Source: Methanobacteriota archaeon
Lineage (GTDB): Archaea > Thermoplasmatota > Thermoplasmata > RBG-16-68-12
Assembly (NCBI GenBank): GCA_005879065.1
Contig: VBLU01000003.1
Coordinates: 1 to 55,847, forward strand
Direction: 5' to 3'
Length of the DNA: 55,847 nt
In this document: positions 1-9,773 of the stretch, in pieces
Layout: the number at the start of each line of letters is the position of its first letter
Numbering within the stretch: the first letter of the stretch is position 1
Notes under the pieces: model-generated
Told to the model about the DNA's origin: nothing
The model's input: only the letters and a program-made list of their open reading frames with translations
Databases searched by the model: none
Position numbers and translations under genes: made by a program

Positions 1-198
1 GGGGGCGATCGTCGATCGATCCGAAATGGCCTGAATGTGGTCCCCCGGTCCAGTCTGAATGGAAAGGCCGGCCAACAAGCTTCCCACGAGCGAAGCGCCC
101 ACGAACATGAGCGCGAGGATCCATACGGTCCAGAGGAGGCGGGTCCGGTCGGGTTCCCTAGGGAGCTTGGCATAGCTACCCCGGACTGGGTCGGACAC
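1..198 (-). CDS. membrane-anchored protein, N-terminal fragment (gene continues beyond the left edge)
   Basis: Minus-strand frame is open to the window edge and has GC3 bias. GTG at 198-196 is followed by ...RTRLLWTVWILALMFVGASLVGSLLAGLSIQTGPGD (basic stretch plus one TM helix). Not in the ORF track because no stop lies in the window. Confidence 0.3.
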   Translation of the reverse strand, partial: MSDPVRGSYAKLPREPDRTRLLWTVWILALMFVGASLVGSLLAGLSIQTGPGDHIQAISDRSTIAP

Positions 199-316
199 GG
201 GGAGGATACGACATCGCCTCGGGCATATCTTTCCCGGTTAGCCTCGAACACAAATGAGCCCCGTGGCCGTTCACGGAACACCGCATCGACCCATGCCTTC
301 CAAAGACAATGGGGGC

Positions 317-2026
317 CTAGGCCCTAACCCTCGGCTTCGCGAGCTCGCGTTCCCGCAGCTCCCTTCGGAGCACTTTTCCGACGAGAGACTTCGGAAGATC
401 GGTGGTGAACTCGACGGCCTTAGGGACCTTGAAGGCCGCGAGGCGTTCCTTGCAGAACGCGACGATCTCGTCCTCCGTGGTGCGCATCCCTCCTTTCAGG
501 ACGACGAAGGCCTTGACGGACTCGCCGCGATACGCGTCCGGAACCCCGATCGCCGCCGCCTCTGCGACCGCCGGGTGCATGAACAAGACCTCCTCGACCT
601 CCCGCGGATACACGTTGTAGCCGGAACACAGGATCAAGTCCTTCTTGCGGTCCACGATGGAGAAGTAGCCGTCCTCGTCCATCTTCGCGATGTCACCGGT
701 CAGTAGCCATCCGCTCCGAAGCACCGCCGCCGTCTCCTCCGGATGGTTCCAATATCCCTTCATCACCTGCGGACCCCGGACCGCGAGCTCGCCGATCTCG
801 CCCGGAGGGACCTCTCGGGACGCATCTTCCGGATCCACGAGCTTCGCGTCCGTGTCGGGGAACGGGATTCCGATGCATTCCTTCACGATCCCGTTGATCG
901 GGTTGCAGTGCGTGACCGGAGACGCTTCCGTGAGGCCATAGCCCTCGACGATTCGTCCGCCGGTCGCGGCCTCGAACTGCTTCCGCACTTCGTTCGGGAG
1001 CGGTGCCGCGCCGGAAACGCACACGCGCACGGAACGGAGGTCGTACTTTGCCAGGTTCGGATGGCGGAGGATCGCGATGTACATGGTGGGGACGCCGGGG
1101 AAGAGGCTCGGCTTCGTCTTGTCGATCAGTTTGAGGATGGCCCCGATGTCCCGCGGGTTCGGATACAGGATCACCTCGCCTCCCTTCACGATGGAGAGGA
1201 GCATGACCGCCGTCAGTCCGTACACGTGGAAGAGGGGGATCGCGCCGAGGACGCGCTCGGGGCCGTGCGCCCCCGTCACGAACCACGCCGCGCACTGGGC
1301 GGCGTTCGCGACGAGATTCCGATGGGTGAGCATCGCGCCCTTCGGTGTCCCGGTCGTCCCGCCGGTATACTGCAGGACCGCCACATTGTCCGGATTCGCC
1401 GGAGTCTGCACCGAATCGGTAGGCGTCTTCGCGAGGTCCGCGAACCGATGGATCCACGGTTCCTGCGGAATCGAGAGAGGCCAGTGGCCGGCCTTCTGGA
1501 GGTCCTTCTTCCTCTTGATCGGATACAGCTGTCGCAGCGGCGTCTTGAGAAACTCCGCGGCGTCGCAGACGACGACTCTCTGGACCTGGGTCCCGGCCTT
1601 CGCCTTGGAGACGTTGTGCCAGAACAGGTCGAGGGCCACGACGGTCTCCACGCCCGCGTCGTTCCACAGGACCTCGAGCTCCCGCGGGGTCAGGATCGGA
1701 TTCGTCTGGACGACGATTGCGCCGGTTCGGAGGACCGCGAAGAAAGCCACGATGAAGTGGGGCGTGTTCGGGAGGAGGAGGGACACGCGGTCGCCGGCGC
1801 GAACGCCAATCGACCGGAGACCGGCCGCGAACCGGTTGACCGCGGCATCGAGGTCGCGATACGTCAACGTCTTCCCATAGAATGTGACCGCGGGTCGGTC
1901 GCCGTGCTCTCCCGCGGTCCGACGGAGCAAGTCCTGAACCGGGACATCCGGATAGGTGAGGGACCGGGGCAGGTCGGCGGGCCAACGGGCAAACCACGGC
2001 CTCTCCAACGTGGCCGTCTCTCGCAT
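317..2026 (-). CDS. long-chain acyl-CoA ligase (AMP-forming, FadD-like)
   Basis: ORF 317..2083. AMP-binding motifs LQYTGGTTGTPKGAMLTH, GYGLTE, TGDIAKMDEDGYFSIVDRKKD. Start moved to the internal ATG at 2026 (MRETATLERPWF...), which is typical of FadD N-termini. Confidence 0.9.
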   Translation of the reverse strand: MRETATLERPWFARWPADLPRSLTYPDVPVQDLLRRTAGEHGDRPAVTFYGKTLTYRDLDAAVNRFAAGLRSIGVRAGDRVSLLLPNTPHFIVAFFAVLRTGAIVVQTNPILTPRELEVLWNDAGVETVVALDLFWHNVSKAKAGTQVQRVVVCDAAEFLKTPLRQLYPIKRKKDLQKAGHWPLSIPQEPWIHRFADLAKTPTDSVQTPANPDNVAVLQYTGGTTGTPKGAMLTHRNLVANAAQCAAWFVTGAHGPERVLGAIPLFHVYGLTAVMLLSIVKGGEVILYPNPRDIGAILKLIDKTKPSLFPGVPTMYIAILRHPNLAKYDLRSVRVCVSGAAPLPNEVRKQFEAATGGRIVEGYGLTEASPVTHCNPINGIVKECIGIPFPDTDAKLVDPEDASREVPPGEIGELAVRGPQVMKGYWNHPEETAAVLRSGWLLTGDIAKMDEDGYFSIVDRKKDLILCSGYNVYPREVEEVLFMHPAVAEAAAIGVPDAYRGESVKAFVVLKGGMRTTEDEIVAFCKERLAAFKVPKAVEFTTDLPKSLVGKVLRRELRERELAKPRVRA

Positions 2027-2115
2027 CGGTGCAGTATCGGTGGCGCGATAGAAAAAGAGTGTGGACCGGCGCCGCGTGCGCAACGATTATCTCCGTAGTA
2101 TCCGCTAGTGGCCCG

Positions 2116-2877
2116 ATGCCCCCCACGCCCCGCGTGCGCATCGAAAAAGGAGGACGCGTCGCGGTCCTGTGGATCGAGAACCCTCCCCGAAACACGATGC
2201 GTCTCTCCATGGTCACGGACCTGATGTCCCGCGTCCCGGAAATCGAGAAAGACGATTCGATCCGGGCCGTCGTCGTGGCCGGCGCGGGCAGTCTCGTCTT
2301 CTCCTCGGGAATGGACATCGAGGAGTGGGCGAAGCTCGCGCCGAAGGAGGCCCAGGAATGGGTGACCCGCGGGCAGGACGCGTTCTGGGCTCTCGAGCAC
2401 CTCACGAAGCCCACCATCGCCGCGGTCGCGGGCATGGCCCGCGGAGCGGGGGCCGAACTCGCCCTCGCCTGCGACATCCGGATCGCGGATGAGACGGCGA
2501 CTTTCTCCCACCCGGAGGCCGATCTCGGTTGGATGCCGAGTCATGGCGGCACCGCCCGGCTGTCGAAGATCGTGGGTCGGTCGAACGCGCTCGAGTTGCT
2601 CCTCTCGGGAAAGGCGCTCACGGCGCTCGACGCGTTGCGCCTCGGCATCGTGGACCACCTGAGCGCCCCCGGCGAGGCCCTTTCCGAGGCGCGTTCCCTG
2701 GCGGAGCTGTTCGCGAAGAAGTCCCGATCTGCGGTGAAGGCGATCAAACGTGCCCTCACGGAGGGGGACGAGAAGCCGTACCGGAATCGCTTTCTCTTGG
2801 AGTCCCAGCACGCGGTCCAACTGTTGTGGTCCGAGGAATACCAAGAGGCGATGGCGAAACTGCGCAAAAAAGCGTAG
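2116..2877 (+). CDS. enoyl-CoA hydratase/isomerase (crotonase family)
   Basis: ORF 2029..2877. Crotonase signatures AVVVAGAGSLVFSSGMDI and IAAVAGMARGAGAELALACDIRIA. Start taken at ATG 2116 (MPPTPRVRIEKGG). Confidence 0.9.
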   Translation: MPPTPRVRIEKGGRVAVLWIENPPRNTMRLSMVTDLMSRVPEIEKDDSIRAVVVAGAGSLVFSSGMDIEEWAKLAPKEAQEWVTRGQDAFWALEHLTKPTIAAVAGMARGAGAELALACDIRIADETATFSHPEADLGWMPSHGGTARLSKIVGRSNALELLLSGKALTALDALRLGIVDHLSAPGEALSEARSLAELFAKKSRSAVKAIKRALTEGDEKPYRNRFLLESQHAVQLLWSEEYQEAMAKLRKKA

Positions 2878-2898
2878 CGGCTAGACCCGAGACCGTCC

Positions 2899-3435
2899 TC
2901 AGGTCTTCTTCAACACCATTTCCCGGGATCCCCATCGTTTCAGTTCGATGTCCACTCCGACGTCCGTGGCCACAAACGATTGGTCCCTCAGGCCAGCGTC
3001 TTTGAGGATCAGACGACGCTGCGCGTCGTCCTCGAATCCGAGGATCGTCTGGAAGAATCCGAAGTCGATCTCGACCGCGTCGTCCACATGGACTGCGCCA
3101 GTGAGCCGCGTGCCGCTCGCGAGGACGGACCCGAGCATTTCGATGCGGCGCGCCCGCACCCGTTTCAGGAAGCCGTAGCACACGACCCGACCGTCCGCCC
3201 ATTCGCCGGGGCGCACCTTCGCATACGTGTCGCGCGGATCGTACGCATGGATGTCGATGTAGGTCTTTCGGTCCTTGGGATCGTACGACCACCCTTCCTT
3301 CGGGTCCCGGGACACGCGAATCCGGATCTCGCCCTCCGCCTCGCAGTCGCACATGATCGCCTGCAGGATCCGCCCCTTCACCGGGAAGGCGGCTTCGAAT
3401 TCGAGGCCAGTCTTGATCGGCCGGGGCACACGCAT
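2899..3435 (-). CDS. conserved hypothetical protein
   Basis: ORF 2899..3552 has strong GC3 bias only downstream of ATG 3435 (MRVPRPIKTG...). The earlier TTG 3552 and ATG 3528 starts lie in a region of weaker codon bias. I recognise no family motif. Confidence 0.55.
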   Translation of the reverse strand: MRVPRPIKTGLEFEAAFPVKGRILQAIMCDCEAEGEIRIRVSRDPKEGWSYDPKDRKTYIDIHAYDPRDTYAKVRPGEWADGRVVCYGFLKRVRARRIEMLGSVLASGTRLTGAVHVDDAVEIDFGFFQTILGFEDDAQRRLILKDAGLRDQSFVATDVGVDIELKRWGSREMVLKKT

Positions 3436-3595
3436 GCGAACCGCCGCCGCGACGATAAACCCGACGACGCGCGAGTTCAAGGTGTGACGGGGCTTTACTA
3501 CGAAACGTACCCTAGGGGGAGCAGCCATCCCGGAGGAACGCCTCGTCCACAACTACCTGATTGAAGCGGGCCTCGCGGGCCGGATCCCCAAGGGG

Positions 3596-4798
3596 GTGCG
3601 CATTTGGGAGGAGACCCTGCGAGACGGAGAACAGACTCCAGGTGTCGCATACACGCCCGAGGAGAAGATCCAGATCGCACGGTTCCTCGATGAGATCCAC
3701 GTTCCGATCATGGACGTCGGGATTCCTGTCGTCTCGAAGGAGGAAGCCCGGGGCGTCCGTGCGATCGCGAACGCGGGGCTCGACGCCACGGTCATGGCGG
3801 CCGCTCGGACCGTTCGGAAAGATGTCGACGCGTGCATCGATTGCGGGGTCGATGAGATCGCGCTCTTCACCGCTGGGTCCGATCTGCACATCCGGCATAA
3901 GCTCGGGATGACGCGGGAGCAGGTGAAAGAAGTCGCAGTCCGAGAGACGGAGTACGCGGTCGCCCACGGCGTCGACGTCTCGTTCGTCACGGAGGACACG
4001 TTCCGCGCGGACCTGGACTTCGTCGTGGACCTGTACAACGCGTGCACGAACGCCGGAGCGCACCGTGCGGTGGTCTGCGACACGGTCGGCGTGATGACCC
4101 CGCCGGGTATCCGCTGGTTCTTCGGACAGCTGAAAGAACGGCTCGTGCCGACCGAGCTCTCGTTCCACGGGCACAACGATTTCGGCCTCGCGGTCGCGAA
4201 CAGCCTTGCCGCGGTCGAGGAGGGCGTCCAGGTCCCCCACACCTGTGTGAACGGACTCGGTGAGCGATCGGGAAACGCAAGTTTCGAGGAGCTCGTCCTC
4301 GCGCTCGAGGCCTTGTACGAATACGACACGGGGATCGAAGTCGCCCGTCTGTACGAGCTCTCCCAGCTCGTCGAACGGTTGAGCGGCATCCCGGTCGGGG
4401 TCGCGAAGCCGCTCGTTGGCCACAACGCGTTCGCCCACGAATCGGGGATCCACGCGCACGGTGTGATCAAACACACCGCGACCTACGAGCCGATTCAGCC
4501 TGAGCGGATCGGGAGGCAACGGACGTTCGTCTTCGGGAAGCACACAGGGTCCCTGGCGGTCGCGGAGAAGTTGCGGTCCTATGGGGCCGAAGCGACACCG
4601 GATCAGGTTCTCCGGCTCGTCTCGCTGATCAAGGACTTTTCCGAAGCGCGTTCGAAGAAGGATCAACAGGACTTCATCCGGTCCTTCCGCGAACGCGTGG
4701 CCCGTCAGCGCGGCGTGACCGACGACGAGTTCCGATCCCTCGCGGAGAAGGCCGGGATTGCGGTCCGGGAGCCGCCGAAATCGCGAGGTTCCGACTAG
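3596..4798 (+). CDS. 2-isopropylmalate / homocitrate / citramalate synthase family enzyme (short form)
   Basis: GTG start. Motifs EETLRDGEQ, HGHNDFGLAVANSLAAV and GLGERSGNA of the HMGL-like aldolase fold. About 400 aa, with no LeuA-type C-terminal regulatory domain. Confidence 0.9.
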   Translation: MRIWEETLRDGEQTPGVAYTPEEKIQIARFLDEIHVPIMDVGIPVVSKEEARGVRAIANAGLDATVMAAARTVRKDVDACIDCGVDEIALFTAGSDLHIRHKLGMTREQVKEVAVRETEYAVAHGVDVSFVTEDTFRADLDFVVDLYNACTNAGAHRAVVCDTVGVMTPPGIRWFFGQLKERLVPTELSFHGHNDFGLAVANSLAAVEEGVQVPHTCVNGLGERSGNASFEELVLALEALYEYDTGIEVARLYELSQLVERLSGIPVGVAKPLVGHNAFAHESGIHAHGVIKHTATYEPIQPERIGRQRTFVFGKHTGSLAVAEKLRSYGAEATPDQVLRLVSLIKDFSEARSKKDQQDFIRSFRERVARQRGVTDDEFRSLAEKAGIAVREPPKSRGSD

Positions 4799-5775
4799 CC
4801 CTGACGTCCCGGCGGATCGATGGGATCGGTCGCGGGAGCCGTGCGGCCGACGAGAGCTCGACCGAGGCCCGCCACGCGGCGGGAGATGGAGACGTAAATG
4901 CCCGCGAGCACGATCGCCGAACCGATCAGGTCGACCGCATCGAACTTTTCGTTCCCTACGCCGGCGCCGAGGAGGACCGCGGTGATCGGCGTGATGAGGG
5001 CGACGAAGGAGAGAGAGGTCGCTTCCGCGGTCTTGAGCAGCCATTGCCAAGTGACGAACGTGACGACGGATCCTGCGAGCGCAAGGAACAGGATCGCTCC
5101 AATGCCCTCCGGCCAAGAGGGGACGTGCCAGGATTCACGAGTCCCTAGCGAGACCACCGCGAGGCTCGCGGTCCCAACGGCCATCGCCGCCGCATTGAAC
5201 GTGACCGGGTCCGTTGCGTGGCCCCACCGTTTGATGGCGACGGTCGCGAAGGCGGCGCAGGTCGCAGAGAGGACGATCGCGAGCATCGGGAACGCCTTGT
5301 CGAATCCCGCAGTCCCGATTTGCCCGCGGAAGATGAGGAGGATCCCTCCGAAACCGAGACCGATTCCCGCGAGCTTCTGGACCGTCAACCGCTCGCCGGG
5401 AAGGACCGCGTTCGCGACGAGGGCCGTCTGCAGCGGCAGCGTCGCGAATAAGATTGCGGAGAGCCCGCTCTGGACCCCGTTGTTCTCGCCCCAGTAGATG
5501 AATCCATAGTCCGCGGTGAAAAGGACCAGCCCGACGAAGGCGACGAGGGCCCATTCCGTCCGGTTTGCAGGCCATTTCGAGCGGAACACGATCGCCAGCA
5601 CCGCGAGCGTGATCGACGCCAGCAGGAATCGCAAGGTCGCCGCGAGGAACGGAGGTGCGCCCTGCAACCCGATGCGGATGGCGAGCCACGTCGATCCCCA
5701 GATGACGCAGAGCATCGCGAAGGCCGCGCTTCGGAACAACCGAGGCGTCACGCCCGAGCTAACGCTCGCTCGCAT
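4795..5775 (-). CDS. EamA/DMT family transporter
   Basis: 326-aa polytopic membrane protein with the two-EamA-repeat pattern (about 10 TM helices). Its end overlaps the synthase stop by 4 nt, convergent. Confidence 0.85.
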   Translation of the reverse strand: MRASVSSGVTPRLFRSAAFAMLCVIWGSTWLAIRIGLQGAPPFLAATLRFLLASITLAVLAIVFRSKWPANRTEWALVAFVGLVLFTADYGFIYWGENNGVQSGLSAILFATLPLQTALVANAVLPGERLTVQKLAGIGLGFGGILLIFRGQIGTAGFDKAFPMLAIVLSATCAAFATVAIKRWGHATDPVTFNAAAMAVGTASLAVVSLGTRESWHVPSWPEGIGAILFLALAGSVVTFVTWQWLLKTAEATSLSFVALITPITAVLLGAGVGNEKFDAVDLIGSAIVLAGIYVSISRRVAGLGRALVGRTAPATDPIDPPGRQG

Positions 5776-5874
5776 TTAGCCTTGGTCCCGGCACTCGCGG
5801 GCGGGAGTTAGCGGTATCTCGTCTCTGGGTGAGCCAGCTTTATGAGCCGCTCCGGGAATGAGGTATGTTGCCCA

Positions 5875-7131
5875 ATGCCCGGACTCACGATTTCGGAGAA
5901 AATCCTCGCGCGAGCGAGCCACGCAGAGGTGGTCCGCCCCGGTCAGATCATCGACGGAGAGGTCGACCTGCTCTACATGCACGAGATGCTCGCGATGGCC
6001 CTCCTACCGTTCAACGAGATCGGGACCACCGCGGTGTGGGATCCGAACAAGATCGTCGTCACCTTGGACCACTGGGTCCCTCCTCCGACCCCGGAGATCG
6101 CGAAGATGCACCAGACGATCCGCGACTTCTGTCACAAGCAAGGGATCCAGCGATTCCACGACGTCGGGGATCACGGAATCGTGCACCAGCTGATCGCGGA
6201 GCGGGGCTATGCGCACCCGGGGGAGCTCATCATCGGGAGCGATAGCCACACGAACATGGTCGGGGCCGTGGGCGCCTTCGCCGCGGGCATCGGGGCGACG
6301 GACACCGCGGCCGTGATGGCCTCCGGGCGCCTCTGGCTCCGCGTCCCGGAGACGCTGCGTGTGGACATCCGCGGGACGCTCTCGGAGCGGACAACGGCGA
6401 AGGATGTGATCCTCAAGGTCATTGGGACGACCGGGGACGATGGAGCGCGGTATGCGGCCGTCGAATTCACGGGATCGACCGTGAAGGGGTTCCCGATGAA
6501 CGAGCGGTTCGTCCTCTGCAACATGACCACGGAGATGGGAGCGAAGGTGGGCCTGATCGAGGCGGATCAGGTCACGAAACAATACCTCGCCCACACGGGC
6601 CGCCCGTTCCATCCAATCGCTTCCGACGAAGACGCAGCCTTCTCGAAGACGTTCTCCTTCGAGGTCGACGGCATGGGCCCGCAGGTCGCGTGTCCCTCGA
6701 ACCCCGCAAATCTGAAGCCGGTCGAGGACGTCGAGGGGACGAAGATCGATGTCGCCTTCCTCGGCTCCTGCACGAACGCCCGCATCGAGGACCTTCGGAT
6801 CGCCGCGGGACTTCTGAAGGGAGAAAGGGTCGCCCGAGGCGTTCGGTTCCAGATCACGCCCGCGTCGCAGATCATTTATCGACAGGCCCTGAAAGAGGGG
6901 CTCATCGAAATCTTCATGGATGCCGGGGCGACGTTCACGTCATCGACGTGCGGTCCGTGCTTTGGCGGGCACCTCGGCACGCTCGCGGGAGACGAGGTGT
7001 GCATCTCGTCGACGAACCGGAACTACCCGGGCCGGATGGGGTCGCCGCAAGCCCAGGTGTATCTCGCTTCGCCTTGGACCGTGACAGCGTCCGCGATCCA
7101 TGGGGAGATCACGGACCCGCGAAAGGTCTGA
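5875..7131 (+). CDS. leuC: 3-isopropylmalate dehydratase / homoaconitase large subunit
   Basis: ORF 5842..7131. Aconitase-family motifs GSDSHT and SSTCGPCFGG...SSTNRNYPGRMG. ATG 5875 (MPGLTISEKIL) is preceded by GAGGT. Confidence 0.92.
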   Translation: MPGLTISEKILARASHAEVVRPGQIIDGEVDLLYMHEMLAMALLPFNEIGTTAVWDPNKIVVTLDHWVPPPTPEIAKMHQTIRDFCHKQGIQRFHDVGDHGIVHQLIAERGYAHPGELIIGSDSHTNMVGAVGAFAAGIGATDTAAVMASGRLWLRVPETLRVDIRGTLSERTTAKDVILKVIGTTGDDGARYAAVEFTGSTVKGFPMNERFVLCNMTTEMGAKVGLIEADQVTKQYLAHTGRPFHPIASDEDAAFSKTFSFEVDGMGPQVACPSNPANLKPVEDVEGTKIDVAFLGSCTNARIEDLRIAAGLLKGERVARGVRFQITPASQIIYRQALKEGLIEIFMDAGATFTSSTCGPCFGGHLGTLAGDEVCISSTNRNYPGRMGSPQAQVYLASPWTVTASAIHGEITDPRKV

Positions 7132-7221
7132 CTCCGTTCCGCGGGAGATGGATCGCGGGGTTTGTCCACTCCGGCCAGCGACACGAGGTTTATTGTTCCG
7201 AATCCGCTTTCTTGCCTTCGA

Positions 7222-7728
7222 ATGCAACGGCATTTCCGCGGCCGCGTCTGGACGTTCGGGGACGATATCTCGACCGACCACATTATTGCGGGAAAGTATC
7301 TCGGGACGACCGATCCCAACGTGTTTGCGGCGCATGCCTTCGAAGCCGTCAATTCGGCCTGGGCCAAGGGCGTCCAGGCCGGCGACCTCATCGTGGCCGG
7401 CGACAACTTCGGGTGTGGATCGAGCCGCGAACAGGCCCCGATCGCACTGAAAACGCTCGGCGTGTCTGCGATCCTCGCCAACTCGTTCGCTCGGATTTTC
7501 TTCCGGAACTCGATCAATCTGGGACTCCCGGTGCTCGAGTGTCCAGGATTGCGGCGGAAGGTCAACGCCGGGGACGTGATCGAGGTCGACATGGCGAAGG
7601 GTGAGGTCCATCTCCCGGACGGTGGCGTCGACCGTTTCAATGCGCTCCCCCCGAACGTGCTCGAGATTCTGGAGGCTGGCGGCCTCGTGGCGAAGATTCG
7701 GGCCGAGCGGGCTCCGCGCCGGACGTGA
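7222..7728 (+). CDS. leuD: 3-isopropylmalate dehydratase / homoaconitase small subunit
   Basis: ORF 7162..7728. Swivel-domain motifs GDDISTDHIIAGKYLGT and GDNFGCGSSREQA. Start taken at ATG 7222. Confidence 0.9.
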   Translation: MQRHFRGRVWTFGDDISTDHIIAGKYLGTTDPNVFAAHAFEAVNSAWAKGVQAGDLIVAGDNFGCGSSREQAPIALKTLGVSAILANSFARIFFRNSINLGLPVLECPGLRRKVNAGDVIEVDMAKGEVHLPDGGVDRFNALPPNVLEILEAGGLVAKIRAERAPRRT

Positions 7729-7958
7729 CCCGCGTCCAGATGCGAACCCGCTCCGTCCGACGAATGGCTTGGCAAGCGTGCGGGGCGATGGCCGCCGAGA
7801 CGCCGCGGGGATCGATGCGGTGAGATCTTGGTCGTTCCCATGATTGCGACGAGACGAAAACTATAAGCCCTCGTCGGCCACATTCTTCCGGGGGAGTTTC
7901 GGCTCGAGGGGCCGAACGAGCTCATACTTCATCGAGTCTAGCGGAGGAGGGAGTGCGC

Positions 7959-8438
7959 ATGAACAGAAGAAACCGGACGATCGTGGCTCTGGCCGCGTTC
8001 CTTGTGGTGGTGTCCGTGGGAATCGGGACCGCAATCGCCGTGACGTTGTTCTACCATCACATGCCCGCGGTCAGCGTCGGGCAGACGATGACGCCGAACT
8101 GCGATCCGCCCACCGCGAATCCGGCCACTGTGACGATCGGTTCGAGCGGGCAAATTACGTTCTTGTGCTCGAGCGCGAGCGCAATTACGGTCGCAGGATC
8201 GTCCATCACCGTGAAGCCGATTTTCCTTGACGGAGGCTTCCGCGCACCCTACACCAGCCTGTGGATCTTCCACGCGGGAGGCGGCGTGACCGGAAACTGC
8301 TCCACGCGGACGGGTGCCGTGCAGCTTCAGAATAACACGTTCATGACCTTGGCGACGGGCGACTACAACTATTGCGCCGAATATGTGGATGTGGGAACAG
8401 CGGGACTACGCTCGTTCGTCTGTCGCTGGGAGGCCTAA
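7959..8438 (+). CDS. membrane-anchored extracytoplasmic protein, Cys-containing, unknown function
   Basis: GGAGGAGGGAG SD lies upstream of ATG 7959. The product has a basic N-terminus, one TM helix (TIVALAAFLVVVSVGIGTAIAV), then a Ser/Thr/Gly-rich domain with 5 Cys. Confidence 0.6.
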   Translation: MNRRNRTIVALAAFLVVVSVGIGTAIAVTLFYHHMPAVSVGQTMTPNCDPPTANPATVTIGSSGQITFLCSSASAITVAGSSITVKPIFLDGGFRAPYTSLWIFHAGGGVTGNCSTRTGAVQLQNNTFMTLATGDYNYCAEYVDVGTAGLRSFVCRWEA

Positions 8439-8641
8439 GGAGCTAGGGCCGGGGTGCGCGGAGAACGACCCCGCCTATTCATCGTATCCGATCGCGAAGC
8501 TTGAATTCGGACCCGTGCGCCGATACGGCATCTAAGCAGGGCGAAGTTCCCGAGGATTCTCCTCGCCCGTCTCGACCTATGGATCCCTAACGCGACTCAT
8601 CTTCCGAATCCTTATGCCGGTCGTCTCCTTCTCGCGGCCGG

Positions 8642-9772
8642 ATGGCTTACACGTTGGTCCTCCTGCCCGGCGACGGGACCGGACCGGAGGTCATGCGTGA
8701 GGCCGTGAAGGTCCTGAAGGCCGTCCAGGACTCTTTCGGCGTGTCGTTCGACACCTTCCCCTTTCCCGCGGGCGGTCAGTACTACATGGACACCGGGGCC
8801 GAGTGGCCGGACGGTGCGTTCGAGTCCTGCAAAGCCGCCGACGCCATCCTCCTTGGGGCCGTCGGCCTTCCCGACGTCTCCCTGCCGAACGGCGATCTCG
8901 CGGGCGTGGGCGTCGTCTTCGGCCTGCGGTTCGGCCTCGATCTGTACGCGAACGTCCGGCCGACGAAGCTCTACCCGAACGTCCTCCATAAGGTCCACGA
9001 ACACTTCAAGCAGGTTTGGGAGCCGGGCAAGGTCGACTTCGTGATCGTCCGGGAGAACACGGAAGGATTGTACACGCCCGCCCGAGGGTTTCTCTCCCGC
9101 GGTGGGATCGACGAACTCGCGGTCGACTCACGGATTATCACGCGGAAGGGGGCGGAGCGGGTGATTCGATACGCCTTCGAGCTCTCGACGCGGCGAAAGG
9201 GAGCTCCGTCGGATGGAACGCACCGCGTGACGTGCGTGGACAAGTCGAACGTGACGGCGGGATGCAAGCTTTTCCGGCGGATTTACGACGAGGTCGCATC
9301 GGACTATCCAGGAGTCCATCGGGATTACGCATACATCGACGCGTTCCAGCAATGGCTCCTCCGTTCGCCGGAGGCCTACGACGTCGCCGTCACGTCGAAC
9401 GTCTTCGGGGACATTGCGACCGACCTCGCCGCGGTCCTCCAAGGCGGGATGGGCATGGCCGCCGGGGGAAACATCGGCGACGCGCACGCGATGTTCGAGC
9501 CGATTCACGGGAGCTCTCCCAAGCATGCGGGCAAGGACGAGGTGAATCCGATCGCCATGATCCTCGCGACGCAGATGATGCTCGACTGGCTCGGCCGAAG
9601 GAAGAAGGACGCAGCCTTGCGGGAGGCCGCGACCGCGGTCGAGATGGCCGTCGAGCGCCACCTGGCCGAGGGAAAGGCTCTCACGTACGATCTCGGCGGC
9701 AAAGCCCGCTGCAGCGAAGTTGGGTCCGCGATTGCCGCGGCCATCCCGAAGATCGCGAAACGGAGCGCCTAG
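8642..9772 (+). CDS. leuB: 3-isopropylmalate / homoisocitrate dehydrogenase family
   Basis: LVLLPGDGTGPEV N-terminus, VRENTEGLY, NVFGDIATDLAA and GSSPKHAGKDEVNP motifs of beta-decarboxylating dehydrogenases. Confidence 0.9.
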   Translation: MAYTLVLLPGDGTGPEVMREAVKVLKAVQDSFGVSFDTFPFPAGGQYYMDTGAEWPDGAFESCKAADAILLGAVGLPDVSLPNGDLAGVGVVFGLRFGLDLYANVRPTKLYPNVLHKVHEHFKQVWEPGKVDFVIVRENTEGLYTPARGFLSRGGIDELAVDSRIITRKGAERVIRYAFELSTRRKGAPSDGTHRVTCVDKSNVTAGCKLFRRIYDEVASDYPGVHRDYAYIDAFQQWLLRSPEAYDVAVTSNVFGDIATDLAAVLQGGMGMAAGGNIGDAHAMFEPIHGSSPKHAGKDEVNPIAMILATQMMLDWLGRRKKDAALREAATAVEMAVERHLAEGKALTYDLGGKARCSEVGSAIAAAIPKIAKRSA

Positions 9773-9773
9773 G

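Noticed and set aside
37-327. 96-aa plus-strand ORF at the left edge
   Set aside because: It has no motifs and a low-complexity composition. The opposite strand carries a better candidate (TM-helix N-terminus, GC3 bias) that runs off the window.
693-2477. 594-aa minus-strand ORF and the 451-aa plus-strand ORF 743..2098 overlapping the acyl-CoA ligase gene
   Set aside because: Both are alternative-frame or antisense shadows of the FadD-like gene. They have no family motifs and an Arg/Pro/Gly-dominated composition.
3512-5116. 534-aa minus-strand ORF, and similar long ORFs at 16601..17833, 18384..19754, 40960..42990 and 49535..50743
   Set aside because: Each lies opposite to, or out of frame with, a gene that has strong family signatures (synthase, fixC, fixA/B, CBS protein, KaiC-like). 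The compositions are Arg/Pro/Gly/Asp-rich without motifs.
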